Position numbers and translations under genes: made by a program. The notes under the pieces are model-generated. The model had not been told where the DNA came from and ran no database searches. It saw nothing but the letters and a program-made list of their open reading frames with translations. Below are positions 1 through 8,449 of a stretch of DNA of 64,000 bases, one piece after another. The first letter of the stretch is position 1. The number at the start of each line of letters is the position of its first letter. The DNA comes from an uncultured Flavobacteriales bacterium (GTDB taxonomy: Bacteria; Bacteroidota; Bacteroidia; Flavobacteriales_D; CAJJDF01), in the NCBI GenBank assembly GCA_964021785.1, contig CAXIAX010000001.1:3368-67367 (forward strand), written 5' to 3'.

Positions 1-1011
1 GAAGATGCATTATTCTTTGCTCATTATGATATCTTATCACAAAGACCTACAACAGGAAATAGACTTAATCCTTTAGATTATTTGTATATCGATAATATCT
101 CTGGAGATATAATTAATAACCCAGATTTGAGACCAACAAGAACAATTGATTATGAAGTTGGATTCCAACAAGTATTAAGTAGATCTTCTTCATTGAAAAT
201 TGCAGGATTCTATAGAGAACAAAGAGATGAGATTACAGTTGTAAATGTTGCAGGAGCTTATCCTAAAACATACAGTTCATTTGGTAACTTAGATTTTGGA
301 ACTGTAAAAGGTGTGACTTTAACATTTGATAAGAGAAAATCTAAAAACCTTTGGATGAAAGTATCTTATACATTACAGTTTGCGGAAGGAACTGGATCAG
401 ATGCAAGTTCTTCTCTTAACTTAATTAACTCAGGACAACCAAACTTAAGAGCAATCTTCCCTTATAGTTATGACCAAAGACATGTTGTAACAGGAACAAT
501 TGACTTTAGATATGGAGAAGGAAGAGATTACAATGGACTAGTATTAGGAGGAAAGAAAATTTTAGAAAATACAGGAGTTAACTTTACTGCAAACTACTCT
601 TCTGGAAGACCTTATTCAGCTGCAAAGAACTCAGTGCCATTGACAGGAGGAATTTCTTCAATATTAGAAGGAACACCAAATGGATCTAGAAACCCTGGAA
701 CATTTAGAGTAGCAATGCAAATTGATAGAAACTTTATGTTGAAGTTTGGAGCGAAAAAACAAAAAACTGCAGCATTAAACGTTTACGTTTTAGTAAACAA
801 CTTATTTAACACTAAAAATATATTGGGTGTTTACAGAGCAACAGGTAACCCTGATGATGATGGTTATTTATCAGATGCTCAGTACCAAACAATTATTGCT
901 AGCCAAATTAGTGAGACTTCATTCAGAGAGTATTATGCTTTAAGTATGAACAGTCCATTTAATTATTCTTTACCAAGAACTATTAGACTTGGTGTGAAAC
1001 TTGATTTTTAA
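1..1011 (+). CDS. TonB-dependent-receptor-like outer-membrane beta-barrel, C-terminal part (5' end lies outside the window)
   Basis: Frame 1 is open from nt 1 (EDALFFAHYDILSQRPTTGNRLNPLDY...) straight into the tracked ORF 82..1011, so the TTG at 82 is not the true start. The sequence has alternating beta-strand character and many G/Y/N/S turns. It ends ...TIRLGVKLDF with a terminal Phe, typical of TonB-dependent/OMP barrels. Confidence 0.7.
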   Translation, partial: EDALFFAHYDILSQRPTTGNRLNPLDYLYIDNISGDIINNPDLRPTRTIDYEVGFQQVLSRSSSLKIAGFYREQRDEITVVNVAGAYPKTYSSFGNLDFGTVKGVTLTFDKRKSKNLWMKVSYTLQFAEGTGSDASSSLNLINSGQPNLRAIFPYSYDQRHVVTGTIDFRYGEGRDYNGLVLGGKKILENTGVNFTANYSSGRPYSAAKNSVPLTGGISSILEGTPNGSRNPGTFRVAMQIDRNFMLKFGAKKQKTAALNVYVLVNNLFNTKNILGVYRATGNPDDDGYLSDAQYQTIIASQISETSFREYYALSMNSPFNYSLPRTIRLGVKLDF

Positions 1012-1022
1012 AATATTAGATT

Positions 1023-4000
1023 ATGAAAACTTATAACACAAACAAATATTTCTTACTAGGAGTAGGTTTATTATTTTCTTCTGTACTTACAGCAAGAGAA
1101 TGGGTTGGAACCACTACTAAAACTAGAAGTGCTATATCGACTAGAGCTGCCGGTTGTGCCCCAGCTAGTCAGAATCGTACTCTAGAATTTAATAATGCTA
1201 GTGCCTACATTGAAAATAGTGGGTTATTATGGTACAATAGGTCTCTATCTAGAGCAGCTTATGTAGTGCCTAAAGATGCAGGAACTTCGCCTATATATGC
1301 GGGTGGACTTTGGATGGGTGGTGTAGATGCTACTAATCAATTGAAGCTTGCAGCAATTAGGTTTAGATCTGACGGAAATGATTACTGGCCAGGACCACTT
1401 TCTGTGAACGCAGGTTCAGGAAATGGAAATGACAAAAAAGATTTTGGAGCAGCAGATATTAATGCAGCAGAGTGTGCAGCTTGGGATAAGTTTTTCGTAA
1501 TAACGAGACAAGAAGTAGAAACTTTTAGAGCTTGGTACAATTGTTCTCAGGATCCTACTTGTGATGCTTCTGTAGATTTTCCAGGATATGCTATTCCAGC
1601 AAGTATTACAGATTGGCCAGCACATGGAGATATTTCTAAAGCTCAAGATTATTACATAGCACCTTTTTATGATAATGATGGTGATGGAGTTTACTCCGTA
1701 GCAAATGGAGATTATCCTTACTATGATATCGAAAACGATATTGACTGTAGAAATGATAGACAAGTAACACTTTTTGGTGATTATACTATCTGGTGGATTT
1801 TTAATGATAGAGGTAATATTCATACTGAGTCAGGTGGTGAATCAATTGGAATGGAAATTAGAGGTCAAGCTTTCTCATTTGCAACAAATGATGAAATTAA
1901 TGACATGACATTCTATAACTATGAAATGATTAACCGTTCTACTCAAACATTGTACGATACTTATTTTGGACAAAATGTTGATACAGATTTAGGTTGTGCT
2001 CAAGATGATTATGTAGGATGTGATGTTGGTAGAGGATTGGGTTATGCATATAATGCAGATGCAACTGATGATAACTGTTCTAACGGAGCAACACCTTACG
2101 GAACTAATCCACCAGCAATTGGTGTTGATTTCTTTGAAGGACCATACCAAGATAATGATAACATTGCGAATCCATTTTTTGTAAATGGATCACCTAACTT
2201 CTTAACTGAAGCAGTTCCTGGTAACGGAATTGGATATGGGGATTCTATCGTGGATAATGAAAGATTTGGAATGAGAAGATTTGTTTATTATAACAATTCA
2301 GCAACAGGTAACCAAAGTGATCCAGATAACCAAATTGAACATTACAATTACTTGAAAGGTTTATGGAAAGATGGAGTTAAATTCCAATATGGAGGAAATG
2401 CATACCCAACTGCTGGTGGAGGAACATCAGTTTCAGGTGTAGATTGTGATTTTATGTTCCCAAGTGATCCTGCTACGGGTGTAAATACAGATCCAGAAGG
2501 ATGGGGAACAGGTGGAAATACAGCTGTTGCATCAACACCTTGGTCAGAGTCATCTGTGGGTAACCCTGCTGGTGATAGAAGATTTTTACAATCTGCTGGT
2601 CCATTTACTTTGGAGCCAGGAGCATTAAACAATATTACTGTTGGAGTTGTATATGGAAGAGGAACAAGTGGTAACCTTTCTTCTATTGCCAAATTAACTG
2701 CTGCAGATGATAAAGCACAAAGTTTATTTGATAACTGTTTTGAAATTTTGGAAGGTCCAGATGCACCAAAACTTACTATCCAAGAATTAGACAAAGAATT
2801 AATTTTAACTATTGATCCAACTGCTAATGGTTCTGATATAGAGAATTATGCTAAATTGGATCCAACAATTGACACAACTCTTTTGGTAGATAGTTTAAAA
2901 TCGGTAAACGGAAAGAACAACTATTACACATTTGAAGGATACCAAATTTATCAATTAAAAGATGTTTCTGTTTCTGCTTCTGATATTTATGATGTTGATA
3001 AATCGAGATTGGTTGCTCAATATGATATCAAGAACGGAGTAACACAATTAATCAATTATACTGTAGATCCAGTAATGGGAGTAGGTGTTCCAGAATTGTT
3101 AGCAAATGGTGCTGACGAAGGAATTAAACATTCATTAAGAGTTACACAAGATTTATTTGCTAAAGCAGATCCAGCACTTATAAACCACAAGACTTATTAT
3201 TTCTTAATCATTGCTTATGGATATAATAATTTCAAACAATATGATCCAACAGATGCTGGTTCTTTAAATGGACAACAAGTTCCTTACATTGCGAGTAGAA
3301 AAGGATATGATGGAGGAGAAATCCAGTCATACCCAGGAATACCTCACAATCCTACACCAGAAGCTGGAGGAACAGTACAAAATGCAAACTATGGAGATGG
3401 TGTTGAAATTGTACGTATAGAAGGAATGGGTAATGGAGGAAGAGAATTGGATTTAACTGATGCTTCTAGATTAGATGTTGCAAGAAACTACAGAGTAGAT
3501 GAATTGACTTATGCTGCAGGAAAAGGGCCAATTGATGTAAAAGTTATTGATCCTTTAAATTTACCTTCTGATAAATACGAAGTGAGATTCATTAAAGATG
3601 CTGCTGATGGAATGGATTCAGCTACTTGGGAACTTAAGAGATTAAGTGATGACTCTATAATTACTTCTGACAGAAATATTGCATTAGGAAATGAACAATT
3701 GTTTCCAGATTATGGATTTTCAATAAACATTGAGCAATATCTACATGAAGAAAGATTAGTAAAAACAGATCCTGCTACAACAACTGGTTCTGCAGAAGAT
3801 GGAACAAATTTAATTACATGGAGCTTAACTTATGATGATGAATCTTTAGCTTGGTTATCTGGTTTTCCTGATCAAGATGGAAACTCAGAATATAACTGGA
3901 TAAGAAGTGGAACGCAAATTAGTGACCCTGCAACTCCAGATGGATTGTATAATGATTACCAAGGTTTAGATGATCAACAGCAGTTTGAAGGAATAAACGG

Positions 4001-5186
4001 TGGTACTTTTGCACCATTTAGATTGTTAGGTCCTCAAACAATACCTAATTCTCCAGCAGGAGGAAGTGATGCTTCTGGAGCTGTTGTAAATTACAATGGA
4101 TTGGGTCTATTAAATAGTATTGATGTTGTGTTCACACAAGATAAATCATTATGGACAAGATGTGCAGTTGTAGAAACTCAAGATAATCCTTCATTATCTG
4201 AAGGAGGAGTAGATAAATTAGATGTAAGATCTGCCGCTTCTATTGATAAAAATGGTAGACAAGCAGGAGATGCAGGATATAATGCTGCAGAAGGTGACTT
4301 GATTAGCACAACTGGTATGGGATGGTTCCCAGGGTATGTTATTGACCTAGAGACTGGAGAAAGACTAAACGTGGTTTACGGAGAAGATTCTTGGTTAGCT
4401 GGAGATAATGGAAGAGACATGATGTTTAATCCAACTTCTACTTTTACAGAAGGTTTAGGAAGTTTAGTAGCAGGAGGAAAGCATTATTTATACATTTTTA
4501 GAAATAATGATTTAGTATTATCTCCACCAATTTTAGCTAATAATCCAAATCCTACGAAATATTATGACGAAGGAAAAAGTATCTACGATAGACTTACAGG
4601 TTCTAATGGATTAGAAAGACTTAGAGTTTGGCGTTCATGTATGTGGGTTGGAATGCCTATGACAGTGCCAGGAAGAACATTCTTAGGGTCAGATGCAATA
4701 CTTAAATTAAGAGTAGAAACTGATTACGAAAGATATGCTAACAAAGGATATGTTGTGAACGACCCAGCATCAAATGTGGGTAACAGTAGAAACGATTGGT
4801 ACAATCTTTATAGATTCGATACTGAAACTGTAGCTACAGGGATTGGAGTAACAGATACTGCTGCAACTGCATTGGATATGATTAATGTAGTGCCAAATCC
4901 TTATTATGCATATTCTAACTATGAGTCTACAAGATTGGATTCAAGAGTTAAGTTTACTAACTTACCAGAGAAATGTACAATTAGAATTTACAATGTAGGA
5001 GGTTCATTAGTTAGAACTTTCTCTAAAGATGATCCAATGACTTCATTAGATTGGGATCTTAAAAACGTAAATAGTGTACCAATTGCAGGAGGTGTATATA
5101 TCGTGCATGTTGATGTGCCAGGTGTTGGTGAAAAAGTTATAAAATGGTTTGGAGCATTAAGACCACCAGATTTAACAAACTTCTAA
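1023..5186 (+). CDS. Very large (1387 aa) secreted protein of unknown function with a T9SS type-A-like C-terminal sorting domain
   Basis: N-terminal signal peptide (KYFLLGVGLLFSSVLTA). One acidic DNDGDGVYSVANGDYPYYD calcium-binding-like motif. The last ~90 aa (VVPNPYYAYSNY...VKFTNLPEKCTIRIYNVGGSLVRTFSKDD...WDLKNVNSVPIAGGVYIVHVDV) fit the Por-secretion-tail pattern. The antisense ORFs within it are shadows. I recognise no catalytic motif. Confidence 0.75.
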   Translation: MKTYNTNKYFLLGVGLLFSSVLTAREWVGTTTKTRSAISTRAAGCAPASQNRTLEFNNASAYIENSGLLWYNRSLSRAAYVVPKDAGTSPIYAGGLWMGGVDATNQLKLAAIRFRSDGNDYWPGPLSVNAGSGNGNDKKDFGAADINAAECAAWDKFFVITRQEVETFRAWYNCSQDPTCDASVDFPGYAIPASITDWPAHGDISKAQDYYIAPFYDNDGDGVYSVANGDYPYYDIENDIDCRNDRQVTLFGDYTIWWIFNDRGNIHTESGGESIGMEIRGQAFSFATNDEINDMTFYNYEMINRSTQTLYDTYFGQNVDTDLGCAQDDYVGCDVGRGLGYAYNADATDDNCSNGATPYGTNPPAIGVDFFEGPYQDNDNIANPFFVNGSPNFLTEAVPGNGIGYGDSIVDNERFGMRRFVYYNNSATGNQSDPDNQIEHYNYLKGLWKDGVKFQYGGNAYPTAGGGTSVSGVDCDFMFPSDPATGVNTDPEGWGTGGNTAVASTPWSESSVGNPAGDRRFLQSAGPFTLEPGALNNITVGVVYGRGTSGNLSSIAKLTAADDKAQSLFDNCFEILEGPDAPKLTIQELDKELILTIDPTANGSDIENYAKLDPTIDTTLLVDSLKSVNGKNNYYTFEGYQIYQLKDVSVSASDIYDVDKSRLVAQYDIKNGVTQLINYTVDPVMGVGVPELLANGADEGIKHSLRVTQDLFAKADPALINHKTYYFLIIAYGYNNFKQYDPTDAGSLNGQQVPYIASRKGYDGGEIQSYPGIPHNPTPEAGGTVQNANYGDGVEIVRIEGMGNGGRELDLTDASRLDVARNYRVDELTYAAGKGPIDVKVIDPLNLPSDKYEVRFIKDAADGMDSATWELKRLSDDSIITSDRNIALGNEQLFPDYGFSINIEQYLHEERLVKTDPATTTGSAEDGTNLITWSLTYDDESLAWLSGFPDQDGNSEYNWIRSGTQISDPATPDGLYNDYQGLDDQQQFEGINGGTFAPFRLLGPQTIPNSPAGGSDASGAVVNYNGLGLLNSIDVVFTQDKSLWTRCAVVETQDNPSLSEGGVDKLDVRSAASIDKNGRQAGDAGYNAAEGDLISTTGMGWFPGYVIDLETGERLNVVYGEDSWLAGDNGRDMMFNPTSTFTEGLGSLVAGGKHYLYIFRNNDLVLSPPILANNPNPTKYYDEGKSIYDRLTGSNGLERLRVWRSCMWVGMPMTVPGRTFLGSDAILKLRVETDYERYANKGYVVNDPASNVGNSRNDWYNLYRFDTETVATGIGVTDTAATALDMINVVPNPYYAYSNYESTRLDSRVKFTNLPEKCTIRIYNVGGSLVRTFSKDDPMTSLDWDLKNVNSVPIAGGVYIVHVDVPGVGEKVIKWFGALRPPDLTNF

Positions 5187-5229
5187 ACCGAAACATTACA
5201 GAGTTATAAATTATAGAAACTATTATAGT

Positions 5230-6294
5230 ATGAAACTAAAATTAACAATATTATCAATCGCAACTTTGTTTTCAATTACCGCAAATGCAGGAAATGAAGA
5301 TAGAATTGGATCGGCAGGTTCTACTCAATTGCTAATTAACCCTTGGGCAAGATCATCTGCCTGGGCTGGAGCAGGAGGAGCGCACACAAAAGGATTAGGT
5401 GCTTTGCAATTGAACGTAGCAGGATTAGCTTTAGCTGATAAAACAGAAATTCAATTTACCAATACAAATTGGATGACTGGTACTGACATAAATATAAATG
5501 CGTTCGGTATAGCACAAAGAGTAGGTGAATCTGGTGTACTTGGTATTAGTATGATGACTGTTAATTACGGAGATATTCCAATTACTACAACAGAATTGCC
5601 AGAAGGAGGATTAGGAACTTTTTCTCCATCTAGTTTCTTGTTAAACTTAGCTTATGCAAAAGAATTCTCTGCTTCTATTTCAGGGGGAATTAATGTAAAA
5701 GTATTAAGTGAAGGTAATGCAAATGCAAGAGCAAATGGTGTCGCATTAGATGCTGGTGTTAGGTACGTAACAGGAGAAAGAGATCAGGTGAAAATAGGAT
5801 TGTCATTGAAGAATGTAGGACCGCCTATGAAATATAAAGGAGATGGTTTTGCAATAGAAACAGTAAATCCTTTTACAGAGATATCTACAACTACTGAACA
5901 AAGAACAGCAAATTTTGAGTTGCCATCATTGATAAATATCTCTGGAGCGTATGACTTCTTAATTAATGAAAATAACGCGTTAACAGCTGCTGCAACATTT
6001 ACTTCTAACTCTTTTCAAAGGGATCAATTTAGATTAGGTGCTGAGTATTCTTTAACTGCTAAAAAAGTAATTGTTCTACTAAGAGCTGGTTTCGTATATG
6101 AAAAAGGTATTTTTTCTGCAGAAGAAACGCAAAATGCTTTATCTGGACCAAGTGCTGGAGTATCTATCGATATGCCTTTTGGTAAAAATGAATCTACAAT
6201 AGGAGTTGATTATTCATTCAGAACTGCACCAGTATTGGGAGCAATTCACGGAATTGGAATTAGATTAAACCTAGGTAGAGACGCAGAAGATTAA
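5230..6294 (+). CDS. PorV/PorQ-family (FadL-like) outer-membrane beta-barrel, T9SS-associated
   Basis: Signal peptide (LSIATLFSITANA). The N-terminal GSAGSTQLLINPWARSSAWAGAGGA...LQLNVAGLA segment matches the G-x-a-x-fL-x-i-x-x-x-aRa-x-a-x-Gga / NPAgLa pattern I associate with PorV/PorQ proteins. The rest has beta-barrel periodicity, and the gene lies directly after a T9SS cargo gene. Assignment is from memory of the family pattern only. Confidence 0.55.
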   Translation: MKLKLTILSIATLFSITANAGNEDRIGSAGSTQLLINPWARSSAWAGAGGAHTKGLGALQLNVAGLALADKTEIQFTNTNWMTGTDININAFGIAQRVGESGVLGISMMTVNYGDIPITTTELPEGGLGTFSPSSFLLNLAYAKEFSASISGGINVKVLSEGNANARANGVALDAGVRYVTGERDQVKIGLSLKNVGPPMKYKGDGFAIETVNPFTEISTTTEQRTANFELPSLINISGAYDFLINENNALTAAATFTSNSFQRDQFRLGAEYSLTAKKVIVLLRAGFVYEKGIFSAEETQNALSGPSAGVSIDMPFGKNESTIGVDYSFRTAPVLGAIHGIGIRLNLGRDAED

Positions 6295-6342
6295 TTAGTT
6301 TAGAAACTAATTTCATTAAATAATGGGTTTATAAATATTTAG

Positions 6343-6350
6343 TATATTTG
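6343..6350 (+). promoter_or_regulatory. Candidate Bacteroidota sigma-A -7 box (TATATTTG = TAnnTTTG) in the greA leader
   Basis: Exact match to the TAnnTTTG consensus, 68 nt upstream of the greA ATG and about 14 nt upstream of a terminator hairpin. Confidence 0.3.
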
Positions 6351-6363
6351 TAAGGAATAATAG

Positions 6364-6393
6364 AAAAGAGAATCTTATGATTCTCTTTTTTTT
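6364..6393 (+). terminator. Rho-independent terminator between the PorV-like gene and greA
   Basis: Perfect 8-bp stem agagaatc/gattctct (6367-6374 / 6379-6386), extendable by A:T pairs, with loop ttat and a following T-run 6387-6393. Confidence 0.8.
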
Positions 6394-6417
6394 CGTTATA
6401 TAATAAAATAAAAAGTT

Positions 6418-6891
6418 ATGGCAGATATTACTTATTACACAGAGGAAGGATTAAAATCATTGAAAGATGAACTTCGTGAACTAGAAGCTCATGAACGTCC
6501 TAGAATATCTCAACAAATTGCAGAAGCAAGAGATAAAGGAGATTTATCTGAGAATGCAGAATATGATGCAGCAAAAGAAGCGCAAGGACTTTTAGAAATG
6601 AAGATTTCTAAATTGAAAAATATTATTTCTAATGCGAGAGTATTGGATGCTACTGGTATGGATTTAACCAAAGCACTTATTCTATCAAAAGTAACCTTGA
6701 AGAACCTAAGAAACAATATGGAGGTAGAATATACTTTGGTTGCAGAAAGCGAAGCTGACTTAAAAGCAAAAAAGATATCTGTAGATTCTCCTATTGGAAA
6801 AGGGATACTAGGACATAGTGTGGGAGATATTGCTGATGTGCAAACTCCAGGAGGCGTAATACAGTTCGAAATTTTAAATATCTCAAGATAA
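6418..6891 (+). CDS. greA: Transcription elongation factor GreA
   Basis: 157 aa. The N-terminal coiled-coil domain carries the acidic tip (ARDKGDLSENAEYDAAKEAQ), followed by a C-terminal FKBP-like domain (SPIGKGILGHSVGD). Confidence 0.95.
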   Translation: MADITYYTEEGLKSLKDELRELEAHERPRISQQIAEARDKGDLSENAEYDAAKEAQGLLEMKISKLKNIISNARVLDATGMDLTKALILSKVTLKNLRNNMEVEYTLVAESEADLKAKKISVDSPIGKGILGHSVGDIADVQTPGGVIQFEILNISR

Positions 6892-7277
6892 TGTCTAGCA
6901 TATTTACAAAAATCGTAAAAGGAGAATTACCTTGTTACAAAATAGCAGAGAACGATAAGTTCTTGGCTTTTTTGGATGTAAATCCGTTAGTAAAAGGGCA
7001 TGCCTTGGTGATACCAAAAGAGGAGATAGATTATATCTTTGATTTAGAGGATGAAGTTTTATCGGAAATGATGGTTTTTGCAAAGCAAGTAGCAATTAAA
7101 ATAGAAAAGGCTATTCCTTGCAAAAGAATTGGAGTGGCTGTGATAGGTTTAGAGGTGCCTCACGCGCACATTCATCTTGTTCCTATGCAATCAGTAGAAG
7201 ATATTAATTTTACTCAACCTAAGCTTTCATTTACTAAAGAAGAAATGGAAGAAACATTGAATTTGATAATAAGATAA
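6891..7277 (+). CDS. HIT-family (histidine triad) nucleotide hydrolase
   Basis: 128 aa with the histidine triad HAHIHLVP. Its ATG overlaps the greA stop (TAATG). Confidence 0.9.
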   Translation: MSSIFTKIVKGELPCYKIAENDKFLAFLDVNPLVKGHALVIPKEEIDYIFDLEDEVLSEMMVFAKQVAIKIEKAIPCKRIGVAVIGLEVPHAHIHLVPMQSVEDINFTQPKLSFTKEEMEETLNLIIR

Positions 7278-7312
7278 TTAATAAGGAATTTTTATTCCAA
7301 AATTATTGGCAC

Positions 7313-7348
7313 AAAAAAAAGGCTTGAAGATATCTTCAAGCCTTTTTT
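7313..7348. terminator. Bidirectional rho-independent terminator (HIT gene / sucD, convergent)
   Basis: Perfect palindrome ggcttgaaga-ta-tcttcaagcc (7321-7342), flanked by an A-run on the left and a T-run on the right. Confidence 0.85.
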
Positions 7349-7367
7349 ATTATCTTTTATTTAAGAA

Positions 7368-8240
7368 TTATTTTGCTAATGCTTCAGCAACTTTCTTTCC
7401 TATTTCAGCAGGAGAACTAGCAACACTAATTCCACACTCTGCCATAATTTTCATTTTCGCTTGAGCAGTATCGTCAGCACCTCCAACGATTGCACCAGCA
7501 TGACCCATTTTTCTTCCTTTAGGAGCAGTTTGTCCAGCAATAAATCCAATAACTGGTTTAGTACTGTTTTCTTTCACCCATCTAGCAGCTTTTGCTTCCA
7601 TGTCACCTCCTATTTCTCCAATCATTACAATTGCATCAGTTTCAGGATCGTTCATGAACATTTCAACAGCTTCTTGCGTAGTAGTTCCAATAATTGGATC
7701 TCCACCAATACCGATTGCAGTAGAAACACCCAATCCAGCTTTTACAACTTGGTCAGCAGCTTCATAAGTCAATGTTCCTGATTTAGAAACAATACCTACT
7801 CTACCCTTTTTGAATACAAAACCTGGCATAATTCCAATTTTTGCTTCATCAGCAGTAATTATCCCTGGACAGTTAGGTCCAATCAATCTTGAATTTTTAT
7901 CAGTTAAATATTCTTTAACTTTTACCATGTCATTAGTAGGAATTCCTTCAGTAATACAAACGATTACTCCAATACCACTATCAGCAGCTTCCATAATTGC
8001 ATCAGCAGCAAAAGCTGGTGGTACAAAAATAATAGAAACATTTGCTCCTGTTTCTTTTACAGCTTGTTCTACTGTATTAAATACAGGTCTGTCAAGGTGA
8101 GATTGTCCTCCTTTTCCTGGAGTAACACCACCAACAACATTGGATCCGTATTCGATCATTTGCCCTGCGTGAAAAGTTCCTTCGGTTCCTGTGAAACCTT
8201 GAACTATTATTTTAGAATCTTTGTTAACTAATATACTCAT
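7368..8240 (-). CDS. sucD: Succinyl-CoA synthetase alpha subunit
   Basis: [25 protein letters not shown]-terminus and the phosphohistidine loop MGHAGAI. I place the start at the ATG at 8240 rather than the tracked 8267, because the 9-codon extension is not conserved-looking. Confidence 0.93.
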   Translation of the reverse strand: MSILVNKDSKIIVQGFTGTEGTFHAGQMIEYGSNVVGGVTPGKGGQSHLDRPVFNTVEQAVKETGANVSIIFVPPAFAADAIMEAADSGIGVIVCITEGIPTNDMVKVKEYLTDKNSRLIGPNCPGIITADEAKIGIMPGFVFKKGRVGIVSKSGTLTYEAADQVVKAGLGVSTAIGIGGDPIIGTTTQEAVEMFMNDPETDAIVMIGEIGGDMEAKAARWVKENSTKPVIGFIAGQTAPKGRKMGHAGAIVGGADDTAQAKMKIMAECGISVASSPAEIGKKVAEALAK

Positions 8241-8264
8241 TTGGTTCTTTGTTTTTAGAATAAC

Positions 8265-8272
8265 CAAAAGTA
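8265..8272 (-). promoter_or_regulatory. Candidate -7 box (TACTTTTG on the minus strand) for sucD
   Basis: The plus strand reads caaaagta, the reverse complement of TAnnTTTG, 25 nt upstream of the sucD ATG. Confidence 0.35.
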
Positions 8273-8437
8273 GTTTTTTATCCCTTCTTTTACAAAAAAT
8301 TTGGTTTTAATATTATAAAAATAACCTACCAACTTATAATTCCCTTCACATTTTGTGAAAAGAACGACTTTTATATAAGGTTCTTATTTTAAAAGTCAAT
8401 TCTTAATTATAAGTTTTACTTATCCCACAATTAACCC

Positions 8438-8445
8438 TAAATTTG
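8438..8445 (+). promoter_or_regulatory. Candidate -7 box (TAAATTTG) 4 nt upstream of the mnmE ATG
   Basis: Exact TAnnTTTG match. The spacing implies a leaderless or near-leaderless transcript. Confidence 0.3.
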
Positions 8446-8449
8446 CATT

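Noticed and set aside
1416-2794. Antisense ORFs 1416..1823 and 2348..2794 inside the 1387-aa gene. Similar antisense or off-frame ORFs occur inside sucD, mnmE, the adhesin, the helicase, PBP1A, the DnaQ-GIY-YIG gene and others.
   Set aside because: They lie wholly within long ORFs that carry clear protein-family motifs on the other strand or frame. Their translations are low-complexity (I/S/F/K-rich), as expected for shadow frames in AT-rich DNA.
1023-5186. The possibility that the 1387-aa protein is the T9SS sortase PorU, since porU-porV adjacency is known and the sizes are similar.
   Set aside because: I could not find gingipain/C25-like catalytic His/Cys blocks or other PorU-like features. 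The N-terminal two-thirds look unrelated. An HMM search is needed to exclude it formally.
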